From: Callorhinchus milii | Lineage: Eukaryota | Reading direction: 5' to 3' | NCBI RefSeq assembly: GCF_018977255.1 | Contig: NW_024704742.1 | Coordinates: 113,152,001-113,216,000, forward strand | DNA length: 64,000 nucleotides | Shown: positions 52,085 through 64,000 of the stretch, one piece after another | Layout of the letters: the number at the start of each line of letters is the position of its first letter | Position numbering within the stretch: the stretch's first letter is position 1 | Position numbers and translations under genes: made by a program | Notes under the pieces: model-generated | What the model saw: the letters and a program-made list of their open reading frames with translations, nothing else | Database searches by the model: none | Told to the model about the DNA's origin: nothing

Positions 52085-52176
52085 AGTAGAAGAATATAGG
52101 TTTGGAGTTGCACAGGGTAATTTCAGGACAGAGACGTGAAATTACCCAGTGCAACCCTAAACCTATGTTCTTTACT
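52085..52176 (+). other. 92-nt near-perfect hairpin (~40-bp stem, 11-nt loop)
   Basis: agtagaagaatataggtttggagttgcacagggtaatttca / tgaaattacccagtgcaaccctaaacctatgttctttact. Confidence 0.85.
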
Positions 52177-52275
52177 CATAGGATAATTAAATATTCAAAG
52201 CAGGTTGCCACGAAGGGTGGCTGAGGTCAGGACACTGGACACATTTTTAAAAAAACACAGCTTGATGCTGTAATT

Positions 52276-52467
52276 TTTCTCTTTGACCGTGCCTTCAGCT
52301 CCCCTCTTAACTCTCTACCCCCTCCTCGCTCCCTCCCTTCCCTCCCCTCCTCCCCTCACCCTGACCATTTCCCCCCTGCTCGGGTCCCGACCCAACTGTC
52401 CAGCGCCTTGGGACGTCCTCCCGACATGAAAGGCGCTCTATAACTGAAATCTTGTTGTTGTTGTTGT
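52276..52467 (+). mobile_element. L2 3' UTR-only insertion inside a CR1-like 3' remnant
   Basis: TGTAAT at both junctions (52269-52274, 52465-52470). Confidence 0.85.
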
Positions 52468-52761
52468 AATGGAAAGGTCATATTCTGGAAGGATGAGACG
52501 AAATGGGCCGAAGGGCCTTCTTGATTTAAACAATCTTATGATTTTGTGACCATGTTAGATTTGTAGTTACCATACTTTTGAACAATACTGTTAGTTGTAA
52601 ATATATTTTGGAAAAAGTAATTGCACGTAAAACATATAGTAAATTTGTTTCAGTCCTTTGGAAAATTAATCTTTTATCTTGGACAACATGCTGCTCCATC
52701 TGGATTTTGATTGGTCTCTACTCCATCTTCAACAACAACAACTTTCATTTATACAGCACCC

Positions 52762-53689
52762 TTCAGGCGCTGACACCATCAGCATCCAAGGCTGCACTCT
52801 CCACCTCTCAAAGCCAGTCAGGAACCTCGGCGTTTTGTTCGACCCTGAGCTGTCCTTTCTCCCTCACATCCGCACCACAACTGGCACCGCCTTCCATCAC
52901 CTCCGGAATATCGCCAGATTACGGCACTACCTCACCCCTCACGCTGCTGAAACCCTGGTTCACGCCTTTGTCACCTCAAGGCTGGACTATGGGAACTCTC
53001 TCCTCGCCGGCCTTCCCGGCACCTCCCTCCACAAGCTGCAGGTCATTCAGAACTCTGCAGCTCGTGTACTGTCCCGCACCAGGCTTCGGGACCACATCAC
53101 TCCTACCCTCGCTCGCCTCCACTGGCTCCCCATCCCCCAGAGGATTGATTTCAAGATCCTCATCCTCACCTACAAGGCCATTCACGGCCTTGCTCCCTCC
53201 TACCTCTCCAACCTACTATCCCCCTACCTACCTGCCCGTACCCTCCGTTCCTCTGGCTCCGGTCTGCTCCACGTCCCCCGCCCCAACCGCCCTACTATCG
53301 GTGGTCGGGCCTTCAGCCTCTCAGCCCCGAGGCTCTGGAACTCCATCCCCAGTGCCTTCGCCTTGCTTCCTCCCTTTCCTCCTTCAAGGCCGGTCTCAAA
53401 ACCTTTCTCTTTGACCATGCCTTCAGCTCCCCTCTCGACTCTCTTCCTCCTCCTCGCTCCCTCCCTTCCCTCCCCTCACCCTGACCATTTCCCCCCTCCT
53501 CTCTCCCTCCCTTCCCTCCCCTCACCCTGACCATTTCCCCCTCCTCGCTCCCTCCCTTCCCTCCCCTCACCCTGACCATTTCCCCCCAATGCTCGGGTCA
53601 TGACCCAACTGTGCAGCGCCTTGGGACGTCCTCCTGACGTGAAAGGCGCTCTATAAATGGAATCTTGTTGTTGTTGTTGTTGTTGTTCA
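52762..53689 (+). mobile_element. Young 5'-truncated L2 inserted in the tail of an older antisense L2; 3' UTR unit triplicated
   Basis: L2 C-terminal ORF; TTCA at both junctions; ~44-bp unit x3 at ~53450-53587. Confidence 0.9.
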
Positions 53690-53779
53690 TGATGGGCAGC
53701 ATCTCAGAGCCTGAAATCACTAACCTATTGACACAAAGAGAATACTCGAGGTTTATCATTGAGATCACTCTCTCCTTCC

Positions 53780-54420
53780 TCAACAACAACAACAATAACA
53801 ACAACTTGCATTTATATAGTGCCCTCCATGCTGGGCGGCATCTCAGAGTGCTTAACAATGGTGGTGCCCAAGGCCAAGCGAGGGGGAAGGTGACCGTAGG
53901 TGCGGTCGAAGAGGAAGAGGCGTGACCTGAAGATGGGGAAGGAGGGGATGAGGCAAAGGAGTTGAGAGAGGGAGTTATAAAGTTTCGGGGCATAGTAGCT
54001 GAAGGCATGCCTGCCAATGGTGGAGCGGAAGACATGGAGGAGGCTGGACCCAGTAGAGCAGAGGCATAGGGTACTGCTGTGGGAAGAGAGAAGGTTAGAG
54101 AGATGTTGGGGTGTGCCAAGAAATGGAGTTATTTAAACACTAAATTGAGGATTTTGAAGTCAATCCGCTCTGACAGGGAACCAATGAAGTTTGGCAAAGA
54201 CTGGAGTAATTGGGGTACAAAGTTTGGTGTGGGTGAGAATACGGGCGGCGGAGTTTTGAATGAGCTGAATTTTGTGAATAGTAGAGGAGGGGAGACTGGC
54301 AAGGAGGGCATTAGAGTAGCCCAGCCGAGAGGTGACAAAGGCATGGATAAGGGTTTCGGCAGCTTTTGGGGTGAGATATTGTCAGAGACGGGCAATGTGG
54401 GGGAGGTGGAAGAAAGCGGC
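53780..54420 (-). mobile_element. Older-family L2 3' portion
   Basis: RIDFKILNLVFK; antisense tail (CAA)n ttgcatttatatag. Confidence 0.85.
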
Positions 54421-57400
54421 ACTAGTCCTCATGGTCTGAATGTGAATGACGATTTTTTGAGGAGCTCTTGATGACTTAACGCAGTGTACTTTGTAGCACT
54501 AACTCATGTAAAGTAGAGGTTGCAGGTTTGATTCCCAGTCAATGCTGATCTTACATGGGAAAGAAATAGGGGTGTTATAGTTGACTTTGGGTCCACGGGC
54601 TTAGGAGGTGGAAAATCGGTCAGGATTCTTGCTCCTGTTTGGTCTTTCCTGTTCCACAATCCACAAGGTCCAACTATTACAAAAGACCGCTGCCTGCTTC
54701 CTCATCAACCCTAACTTTGCATGCTCATCACCCCAATCCTCCCCAGGCCCCACTGGCTCCCCATCACCCAAAGGATCAACTTCAGTATGCTTGCATACAA
54801 ATTCTTTGACCTGGATCTTTGATCATTTCTCTTTTCTCCGTTGCTTGGTATCCAATCCTGCCGTTGTGCAGCGCTCTGAGACACTGAAGGATGCTGTATA
54901 AAAGCAACTTGTTGTTTGTTACATTGTGAGCATTCTATAAGTTTCATGCAGTTTGATGTGGGAGAACTCGATCATGCTCAGCTGCAGTCCCCTCCACACA
55001 CAATCAATCAAACAGACTGATGCCACTCACTGTTGAAGTTTACACAGGGAGTACTGTCACTTTATTGAAGTGCTGGAAAACTGCCAGCCCTCGTGAAACA
55101 GTGTCCTCGCAAAAGGCCTTTAGGTGAGGAGAGGAAAAAACATTCTCAATGTTTCTTTGCTCTTGGAAGTTGAACTGCCTTTAAATTCGATGTTATGCAC
55201 AATTGTTTCTCTCCAGATTTACAATTACAAGTGTAAATTAGATTTTAATAGGTAGGCAATATGATATGTGGGGAGATGCCAGAAGCTTAAAACAAAAATC
55301 TATAATTGACTAAAAAATGACTTGTCATTAGTTTATCTTTAGAATATTGAGCTGCAGCTGCAGTAGGTCATGGAGTGTTCCTGGCATAGACATTAACACA
55401 AAGCTTGAATATTCAGTGACCCTTGGGAAACTCTATCCATGAGCCTGTAAATGTCTGAATACCCAATAACATGTCTAGAACATTTTACAGGAATAATATC
55501 TAATACAGAGCAGTCCAGCCACCTGCGGTGAAGTGATAAATCAGGCTAGACTGCTTTCGGTTTAAGAATAAGAAAATATTTAGAAAATAAACAAGCCTTT
55601 AATTATCCCTCATGGGGCTTGTGCAGACTTTGACAAATACCAATTTTGATGACTTTGGCTGAACTTTCTTGAGAATTCCGATTGTTCATCACGTTGCCAA
55701 ACATCTTTGTCACATGTCTTGTCCAGAAGGGTTCAGCAGTGATTACTAAATGATGGACAATTGTAATCAGAGAGTGTGCTGTCCGAATAAGCAATGGCCA
55801 GCATCCTGGTTAAACTTTAATTGTTCTTAAAATGAAAAGTAAGGAGGAGTTGACCTTCAAGAAATAAATATTTCTTGCAGTGTTGCAGTAAATCTGATTG
55901 ATTTAAATTTGTATAATATGGTTACCACTTTTAGTAATCCTTATATTGTTGCCTTAGTCATTCAAATGATGGTTTGGGGGCAGAATCTGTTATGTCCAAA
56001 GGTGAGAGGCAACATTTTAGTCTGAGAACAGCATTTGATAATTCATGGCTGCAATGTTTATGTTTGGTTCCATGCTTCTCCTGGATATTGCTTTTCAATG
56101 CCATTCATTCCCCTTCCATATTTCATCCATCTCCATCTGATATTTCTGCAGCCTTCGTATTGAAGAAGCAATTGAATAGAACATCTCAATGGAAGCAAAG
56201 GATTCACTTTAATTATTCACGCTAATAAAGTACCAAGATGGCTTACTAATCTGTATTGGTAGTAATGGATCCTAGAAGTGTTTGAAAATGAGTCATTACT
56301 TGAACACGCTTCCATTATCTTATACTCCAAGATTGGAATTGAGTTCCTTTATTTCTACAAGAATGCCAATATCAGAAAGTTATGTAATATCTGGACTCCA
56401 GTCGTATTTGCATGAAACTTATTTAGGAGTTTGTAACTAAATGACAATTACACTTTATTGTTTAACTTTATATAATAAATAATTATGATAATCTTTGCAT
56501 TTGATATAGTGCCTTATCACGTCTTCGAGATGTTGCAAATTGCTTCACAGAATATACTGTAAAGTATATTTTTTGAGCAAAAGTTTATAATTGTCAATAA
56601 AGGATCCGTTACTGTGATAGATTGAGGTTGCTGATGTTGTACCCATCGTAGTTGTTCTAATCAAACCAATGTGGGAATATAGTGATGAAGAAAATATTTG
56701 CTTCAAACAAATGGTTTAATCACCAAAACTCCCCAAGAGGCTAATTGTAGTGCACAGTCTGGAACTAAGCTGGAGTATCGTGAGAAAGCTGATCTCAGTT
56801 GGGTTGATGATGGAGTTCTATATTTGGCCTCCATGTCTCGTGGCTAAAGAGGGAATAAATAGGCCAGGTTTCTACTTCTGGTTGTTATGTTGTGACTCCT
56901 GCTCAAAAGTGCATGTTGTGCATGGATCGATCTCAGCTGCAGCGGTCCTGCAGTTGAATAGGGCATTGACATGCGTGAAGAATGGTTGCTTGGGCAAGCT
57001 GCCACTATCTGTGGAACTCTTACCTTATGTCACTGTCTTCTGGAGAAGGGTACTAATCTGAGCAAACCAGAATGGGGGATGATAAAAATAAGATCTGTAT
57101 CCAGTCCAGTCTTAAGATATCACCAACCTAAGTGTTCAAATGACGTTGAAATTATTTGCAATGGTTCCTCTCTATATTTCCCTAGAACTGGGAGTAGATT
57201 ATCTTGCCATTGTAAATTTGTTTACAAGTCAGTAAATCAGTTATTTAATGTGTTGTTCTTTCAAACTACAAATGAGACTGCTGTGCCACAGCAAAAACAG
57301 GCATTTGCATGTTTTTTTGGCAGTACTCCTCTCTTTATTGTCTGAATTGATGCATGTGGTTGAAGACTGAATTCAGCGCTTTTTTTATTAGGCTGGAGAT

Positions 57401-57679
57401 TCAAGGCTTGAAAGTCCATGTAGTCTTTTGATTTAAGACCATTTAGTCTTTAACAATACCGGTTTCCTAATAAACAAGAAAATAATCCTTGCATTTGATA
57501 TAGTACCTTTCAGGCTGGGAGGACATTTCAAAGTGCTTCACTGGAGACACTGTCAAGTTTAATATTTTGTATGCCGATTTCAAACTGAATTTAAGATTTT
57601 CCAACTTTTCTGCTTAAATCATAAATTTTAAGCCGAAATAATTTTGGAATCTTAAAACTAGGTAGCTCTTTAATGACAC

Positions 57680-57776
57680 AAAAACAGAAGTCGCTGGAAA
57701 CGCTCAGCAGGTCAGGCAGCATCTATGGAGAAAGGAAAGTGAGTCAATGTTTCGGGTCCACAACCCTTCGTCAGCC
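57680..57776 (-). mobile_element. Penelope-like pseudo-LTR fragment with hammerhead motif
   Basis: Antisense reads CTGACGA-AGGGT-tgtgg-ACCC-GAAACATT-GACT. Confidence 0.75.
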
Positions 57777-57899
57777 CTTTAATGCTTTTGACCAGATAAA
57801 ATTAGACATCTCTATGTGTGATTTGAGAATACTTTAATGATGTTTGCTTGGACCCTTAAACCCTTTCGTTCATCTTCCCCACTCTCATGCTTCCCCAGA

Positions 57900-58300
57900 T
57901 AGAATGTATTCTCATCAGTTGATCTGAAATCCAAAGTTACAGTATTATCTCTCACTTTCTTTTTGAATTTTAACTCCATCTGTCATAGTTCCACCCACTT
58001 GCTTCATGTGTGTATTTTACTATTTTATGCTGATTTCACAATTTACTACACCTTCAGCTTTGTGTCATCAAAAAACCTAGATATATTCCTCTCTATGCCT
58101 ATTTTTGGTTCATTTATATATAGCACAAAATACTGGGGCCCCAGTACAATTTCTAGGCAACGCCACTTGTCACTGCCTAATAATCAGAGAATATCCCTTT
58201 TATCTCATTTCTTGTCTCTCAACCAATTTGCTATCTATTCCTCAAAATTGCTCCCAATTTTATGTGCCTTAATTCAGTTAAAAATGTATTATGTGGCCAA
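57900..58300 (-). mobile_element. Decayed CR1 RT fragment
   Basis: Antisense remnants of the VTSGVP..VLGP, YIN and FxDD-like motifs. Confidence 0.6.
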
Positions 58301-59296
58301 TTTCAAATGCTGTTGCTGCAGTCTGACAGGAAGCCCGTCACGAGCTGAGGAGAAGCCGGCAGTTGGTAAGGTCGCAGTGGATCAGGAGACGTGCTTGCCT
58401 TCCTGACAGACTGTAGTAATGGGCCTCATTATATACACTCCCGCGCTACGTCCTCCCAACCACCAGTTTCTACTGCTGGCACGAGAAGACAGTTCGCTGG
58501 GGAGGGAGTGGGCGGCCTGAAGTTGGAAATGGTCTCGGGCCGCCTGTTGGACCACTCTGCCATAACCGATGATGAATATATTTTGCTCCATTTAGTGATA
58601 GCATACAAAGTCATTGTATTTTCATCAATAACTATACAATTGTTCAGACACTAGAATCTATAATACTAACTAGTTTGCACATCATTCAGATCATCCAGGG
58701 CCAAGATTCGCACTTTACAACAATTCCTATGAAGCATTTTTAGACAACATTATAAGGCGCTCTATCAAATGCAATGATTATTGTTATTATTGTAGTTTTG
58801 ACTAGCAACTGCTCACTGGAAGGATGAAGTGGTTTCAACTTTTGAACAGAGAAAATTAGACATCTGTATGTGCGATTTGAGAAGTCATGTGAAGAATTTT
58901 CATATGTTACACATTTGTAAAAGGGAACAAGAGAACTTCCTAGTTTCATCAGTCACTGTGTAAGGGTGTTGATAAAGTGCTGGTACAAATCACAAATGCT
59001 AAAACAGTGTGTAAATGTTATCAAATTTTTTATTGTCTTTATCCTCTGAAGGTACGGCAACTAAGAATGGAAATATCAGAACAGACAGAACGTTTTGTTA
59101 TATATATTTGTTTAATGTCATGTGAGTTTACCAATCCCTTTGTCAAATTATGAATCTTATTATAATTATTGCCATGTGCTTTATATTTGTTGATGATCAT
59201 GTTGGTAACTGCAAATAGTTCCTCTACATACTTTTTAATAAAGATGATACAGCCTTTATTACTGCCCTAGCAAGCTAAGAGATACTGCCTTAACAA

Positions 59297-59730
59297 GCTG
59301 GCTCAGTTGGAAGCACTCGGACCTCTGAATCAAAAGGTTGTGAGTTCAAGCCCCACAACAGGACTTGAATTCACATATCTAGATTGGCAATCCAGTGCAC
59401 TCTGTGTATATGTTGCATTGTTAAGAGATGCTGTCATCCAGATGGGAAGTTAAATTGAGGTCTTGTCTGCCTGTTCAGGTGGAAGCTAAAAATCCCAAGA
59501 TCGAAAAGAGAAGGGAATTTCTCCCAGTGTCCAAGCTATCAATCCTCCAAATAAAAAAAAGGGTCATTTGTTTCATGGATATTTGGGGAACATTGCTGTG
59601 CTCAAATGGGCTGCCTGGATCGTCTACAGAAACACAGTCACTGCACTCCACAGTGCAATTCTCTATAGCACTTTGAGACATCCTCTCAATGTGAAATGCG
59701 CCATACCAAATGCAAAGATTATTATTAGTT
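59297..59730 (+). mobile_element. SINE family B inserted in a degenerate ~23-bp tandem array
   Basis: Full head, body and tail; tactgccttaacaagctg-like units on both sides. Confidence 0.8.
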
Positions 59731-60193
59731 ACTACTCTACCAAGCTGATACATTATGCTTTAACAGGCTAACATATACTGCCTTAACAAGCTGATGGATA
59801 CTGCCCTCGCAAACTATCTGCTTAGGAGCACACATCTAAGTGTGAGTAATGGTTATTGATGTCCTCAGCAGCAGTGGAACTATTACTTGCTTTAGAACAA
59901 TTGGAACTTCATTAAGAAGCACAGATGCTACACTGTGAATGGACAGTTAAATTTTACTGTGTGGACATTTCAGCAATGAAGTCAACTCTCTACCAGGCCA
60001 CTTTTTCCATTTGAAACAATTGTAACTAAAAGCCCAAATTAATTTATAAGGACAAAATAGCCTGTCTTAATGGCTACCCTTAATAGGATAGCATGCATCA
60101 TTCTAGTGTCATTAAATGAGTACTATCAAACAGAGGACTCATCTGTGTTTTCAGATGGAAGTTAAAGATTCTATGACATAATTTGAAAAGTGT

Positions 60194-60503
60194 GGAGTCC
60201 TGTAGCTCAGTGGTTAGAGCACTCCCCTTGCAAGCGAGACACCTGGGTTCAATTCCAGACAGGGTGAAACCCTGGGCAAGTTTCCTTACTCCACACGCCT
60301 AATAATAATCCCTCAAAAAAAAATAATATTTTCATTTTCAATCCATGACTGTTTGTGGGACACTGCTGTGCGCAATTGGCTACCGGGTTTCGCCCACAAA
60401 TATAGAGTCAATTCACTTTACAGTCTATTCTGTGAAGCGCTTTGAGACGTCAAGAAGACGTGAAAAGCACTATATCAAATGGATTATTATTCTATTATTA
60501 TTA
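60194..60503 (+). mobile_element. SINE family A, full length, nested in a family B remnant (~60130-60700)
   Basis: The host reads tttgaaaag|SINE|aaaagaagagg. Confidence 0.9.
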
Positions 60504-61724
60504 TAAAAGAAGAGGATGTCTCTCACAGTGGTCTGGCCATCGATCCTCCAGATCAAATTAGTCATTCAACTTATTGCTTTTTGTGAGACCTTGTAGGCAA
60601 AATATACAGTCAATTCATTTTACATTATATTCTGTGTACATGTTTTGAGACATCTAGAAGATGTGATAAGGTGCTATAGGTGCAAGGGTTATTATCATAC
60701 CTGACAAGTAGTTATCTGGAAAATTTGTTGAGATATTTCGATATGTTAGGGTTGAATCAAAGAAATCTTGAAAGAAACCATGAATGGTTACCATAATTTG
60801 GATCTTATACAGTTCAAAGGGAAAATGTACTGTATTTTGCTGTCCACACTGTCAACAACAACAACTTGCATTTATATAGAGCCCTTCACACAGGATTGCA
60901 TCTCAGATCACTGCGGCATCTTTATGGTCTGGGCTTGACCCTGAGAAACAGTGGAAGTTAATGTCTTGTGTATAGATTACATGGAATGAAACAACATGGA
61001 ATCAGGCCATTTGGACTAATCAGTCCATACCAGAATTTATACTCCATGCGAGCCCCCATCTTTCCTATTCTTTCCTATACCTCTCCAATCCCCTTTCCTT
61101 CATGTATGCATCATGTTTCCTCTTAAGTACATTGATACCTTTTTGCTTCCGCCACAGCTTTCAGAAATTCTGCATGTAGAACTTCCTCCTAAACTCCCTG
61201 TTAGATCTCCTAACCTCTCACCTCAGGCTGTGGCAGCATCCCAGTGACCAATCTGCCCCTCCAAGTACTACTGATGCAGGCTGGTCTATCATCTAATAGG
61301 AGAGGTAACGGGTGGCGGGGTGATGGGGTGTGGGGGTGACTGACCTGGCGGCCATTAGGTGTAGGGCTTTGGCTTGCAGGGTTAATGGGACCTTTCTATC
61401 TGTTAACTTTTTCATTTTTCTCATGATTTTGATGTTCGGGCAATTGCTATTGCACTAAACACAGCATCGATCTGAAATGTTATTGTCTATTTAAATTTTT
61501 AGAAATTATTAAACTGACAATAAATTTGCTTTGGGTTGCATTTCTTCCCTAAATTAAGGTTGTGTATTTTTCTGCTCAGGCACATTCATTCACAAGTTTC
61601 TTTGAAACTTGGAAGCTTTGATCGATGCAGACAAATTCACTGGTAACACATCATTCAAATCACCCAGGGCCACAATAATAACTTAACATCATTCCAATAG
61701 AATCTGGGTTTGATACAAAGAATA

Positions 61725-62095
61725 AAGAATTTGCATTTTAGGCATTATAATGTCTTTAAGCACTTTACAGTAATTAGTATCGAATGGAATGACTTTTTGT
61801 GTTGGCCAATGTTGCAGACATCTTGTGTACTGCGATGTCTTGCCAAACAGCTGGAGGATTGGTGTCCCATTTCATTTTGAATAGGGCTATGGGTTTCTTA
61901 ACATGCACTTCAACAGGCAGATAGGACTCCAGGTTAACTTTTCATCTGAAGGTTGGCACCTCTGATAATGCAGTGCTCCCCCAACACTGCCCTTCAGTGC
62001 CAGCCTAGCCTCTGAATTCAATATACCCCACATGGGACTTGAACTCACCACCTTCTGACCTAGAGGAAGAGTGCTACTGACTGAACCAGGGTAAC
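61725..62095 (-). mobile_element. SINE family B, diverged
   Basis: Antisense head gggacttgaactcaccaccttctgacc..gagtgctactgactga. Confidence 0.75.
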
Positions 62096-64000
62096 TCCTG
62101 AATAGTAACTTCTACTGACAGCTGGTATCTGACACATACGGAAACCTATCACTAGGTTTAAGAGTATCCAAACTGAGATTTCTATGCATCCCACCTACCC
62201 ATGGAAATTCAAGAGATAGATTGTTGGAATGAAATGCGCACTCTCTTCCTGGAAGAATGCATCCTACTTACATAATTCGGGAAAGTACATTAATTCGATA
62301 GAGCTATTCCTAAGTTTAAAATGTATATTCCTTTGTGGATTTGTTCTTAACCAGAAAGAGAATGATAAATATTGTTTGATGTTGCTTTAATTGTTTGTAT
62401 TATTTTGTTTTTCTTTAAAAAAAATTAGATGGATAATTAGAATAACAAGACCCCATGAAATATTTAATAGAGCTGATGAGGTTGAAAGTGCTTTCGAAAG
62501 GCATAACAACCATGTTACCCCAAGGAAAGGCATTTTGTACATAAAATGTGTTTACTGCAGAGAAATCTCAGTACATCAGTTAGACTTGTGCGGTCTTGTG
62601 TCAGACATAAGGTCTAACGTGTCGGAGTGACATGCAACGATTTCCCTGCAGAAAATGCAGCTTACAGCACAGATGATTTGTTTGCTGGTTATGCCATCAG
62701 GGGGCATTTTCAAGCCTTTTGTCTAAATTATAAAACCTTGTGCGGGTCTGGAATACCGTACTCGTATCTTACTTACTTGGGACGTCCTTCAACGTGAAAG
62801 GCGCTATACAAATGTAATCTTGGTGTTGTTGTTATTTGTGCTGTATAATTCCAACTGCATATAATGAATAACCAAGTCTGATATTTCCACTTGTCTGGGT
62901 ATGTCACGAGTGAACTGTTACTACCAAACATCTAATCCTGGCAGATTTAGCCCTGATTCAATTATGGATGGGTAATAACCGCCTGCAAGCAACTTCAGAA
63001 TAAATAGAGAAGCTAAATACCATCAACATTTCTGTATTCAAACTTGATGTTACGAAGGCCACCCTGAACTAGAATTAAGTGGGTTTTTTTTATTGTTTGA
63101 TATGAAAAATGTGCGACTGACTATTCAAACAAGGGCGATTATACCAGCTTGAAAGAACCAATTTTTAAAAAATTCTAATCTGTTTGAGGAGAGCATCTTT
63201 AGATCGATTAGAGATCAGTGCTATGCACCATCAATGGGCTTGGAATTGAGTGGTGAAAAGTCACAGGGATATTTGATCCTGGCTGTAACTCAACACTTGG
63301 ATACATCAATAAGAGTGTGGAGAAGGTTTAATGATCCAAGATTAGTTACATCAGTAGGTTGATAACCAGCAAACACAGTCACAGATTCTGAACAAACTAT
63401 TGTTCCGATAATAGCAACCACATAACTTACCAATGAAGAATGAGAACATTTCACAGTTTTGTCCAGTTAGACCCTCCCTAACCTTTGCATCTTTGATTCT
63501 GATGTGTATTGCTCAGAGTGCTATCTAGCTAGTGGCCCCAGGCAATAACCTTTTGTGCCTACAGTACTCAGATCAATTTTTTTTGCTTCTTACAAGTTTA
63601 AAGGGAAACACAGGACACCTCTGAGTGTCTGAGTTTCTGAGCACTTCCTTTTCAATAGTTCACCTTCTGTTGTCCTATGGCCGTAGAATGCTCTCTTTCT
63701 CTGGTGCAACATGAAAGGTCTGTTATCCATATGGATCTGAAAGACTGATCTATGAATGGAACATAAGATACTGAGAAAATTCACATGTCTAATTTTGATC
63801 GCAAAACTTCTTCCTTTACACTATGTTTGATTGGAAAGCTTCTTGTGGGTCTTGTTGGTATATTAGTAATTCTGCAGTGGATTTATCACCAACAAGGTTG
63901 CTACTATGCACTTAGCGTGAAATCTGGCCTCAAGTATTTAATCAAACTTAGAGGAGAAACATGGGAATTAAATTATTCTGCATTAAGGTAGGGGAAAAGA

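Noticed and set aside
60194..60270. tRNA-Ala(TGC) genes at SINE heads
   Set aside because: They continue into the SINE body and tail and lack a proper acceptor stem, so they are SINE heads.

Overview
Vertebrate, repeat-dense, AT-rich genomic DNA. The repeats (L2 LINEs with (TTG)n tails, tRNA-headed SINEs with DeuSINE-type bodies, CR1 3' ends, Penelope-like fragments) point to a cartilaginous fish, possibly a chimaera; this is an inference. The only credible host coding sequence is a 70-nt signal-peptide first exon (37027-37096, +, MRTEHFTGSFILSLSLCVLHLVK|G, GTGAGT donor) in a GC/CpG-rich region. It resembles exon 1 of IGSF21, so about 1-36 kb would be upstream intergenic DNA and about 37-64 kb intron 1. 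All long ORFs in the supplied track are L2 remnants or low-complexity artefacts. Features not visible in the ORF track include a Helitron inserted without TSD into a SINE (5805-6483), a decayed Harbinger transposase (about 19.2-20.0 kb, -), a Harbinger-type MITE with 3-bp TSD (26476-26693), and three Penelope-like fragments carrying a minimal hammerhead ribozyme motif. Also present are a near-perfect 92-nt intronic hairpin, two long G-skewed G4/R-loop-type arrays behind exon 1, three short local direct duplications, and candidate conserved non-coding elements. I found no convincing new protein-coding system. All family names come from recalled consensus sequences, not searches.
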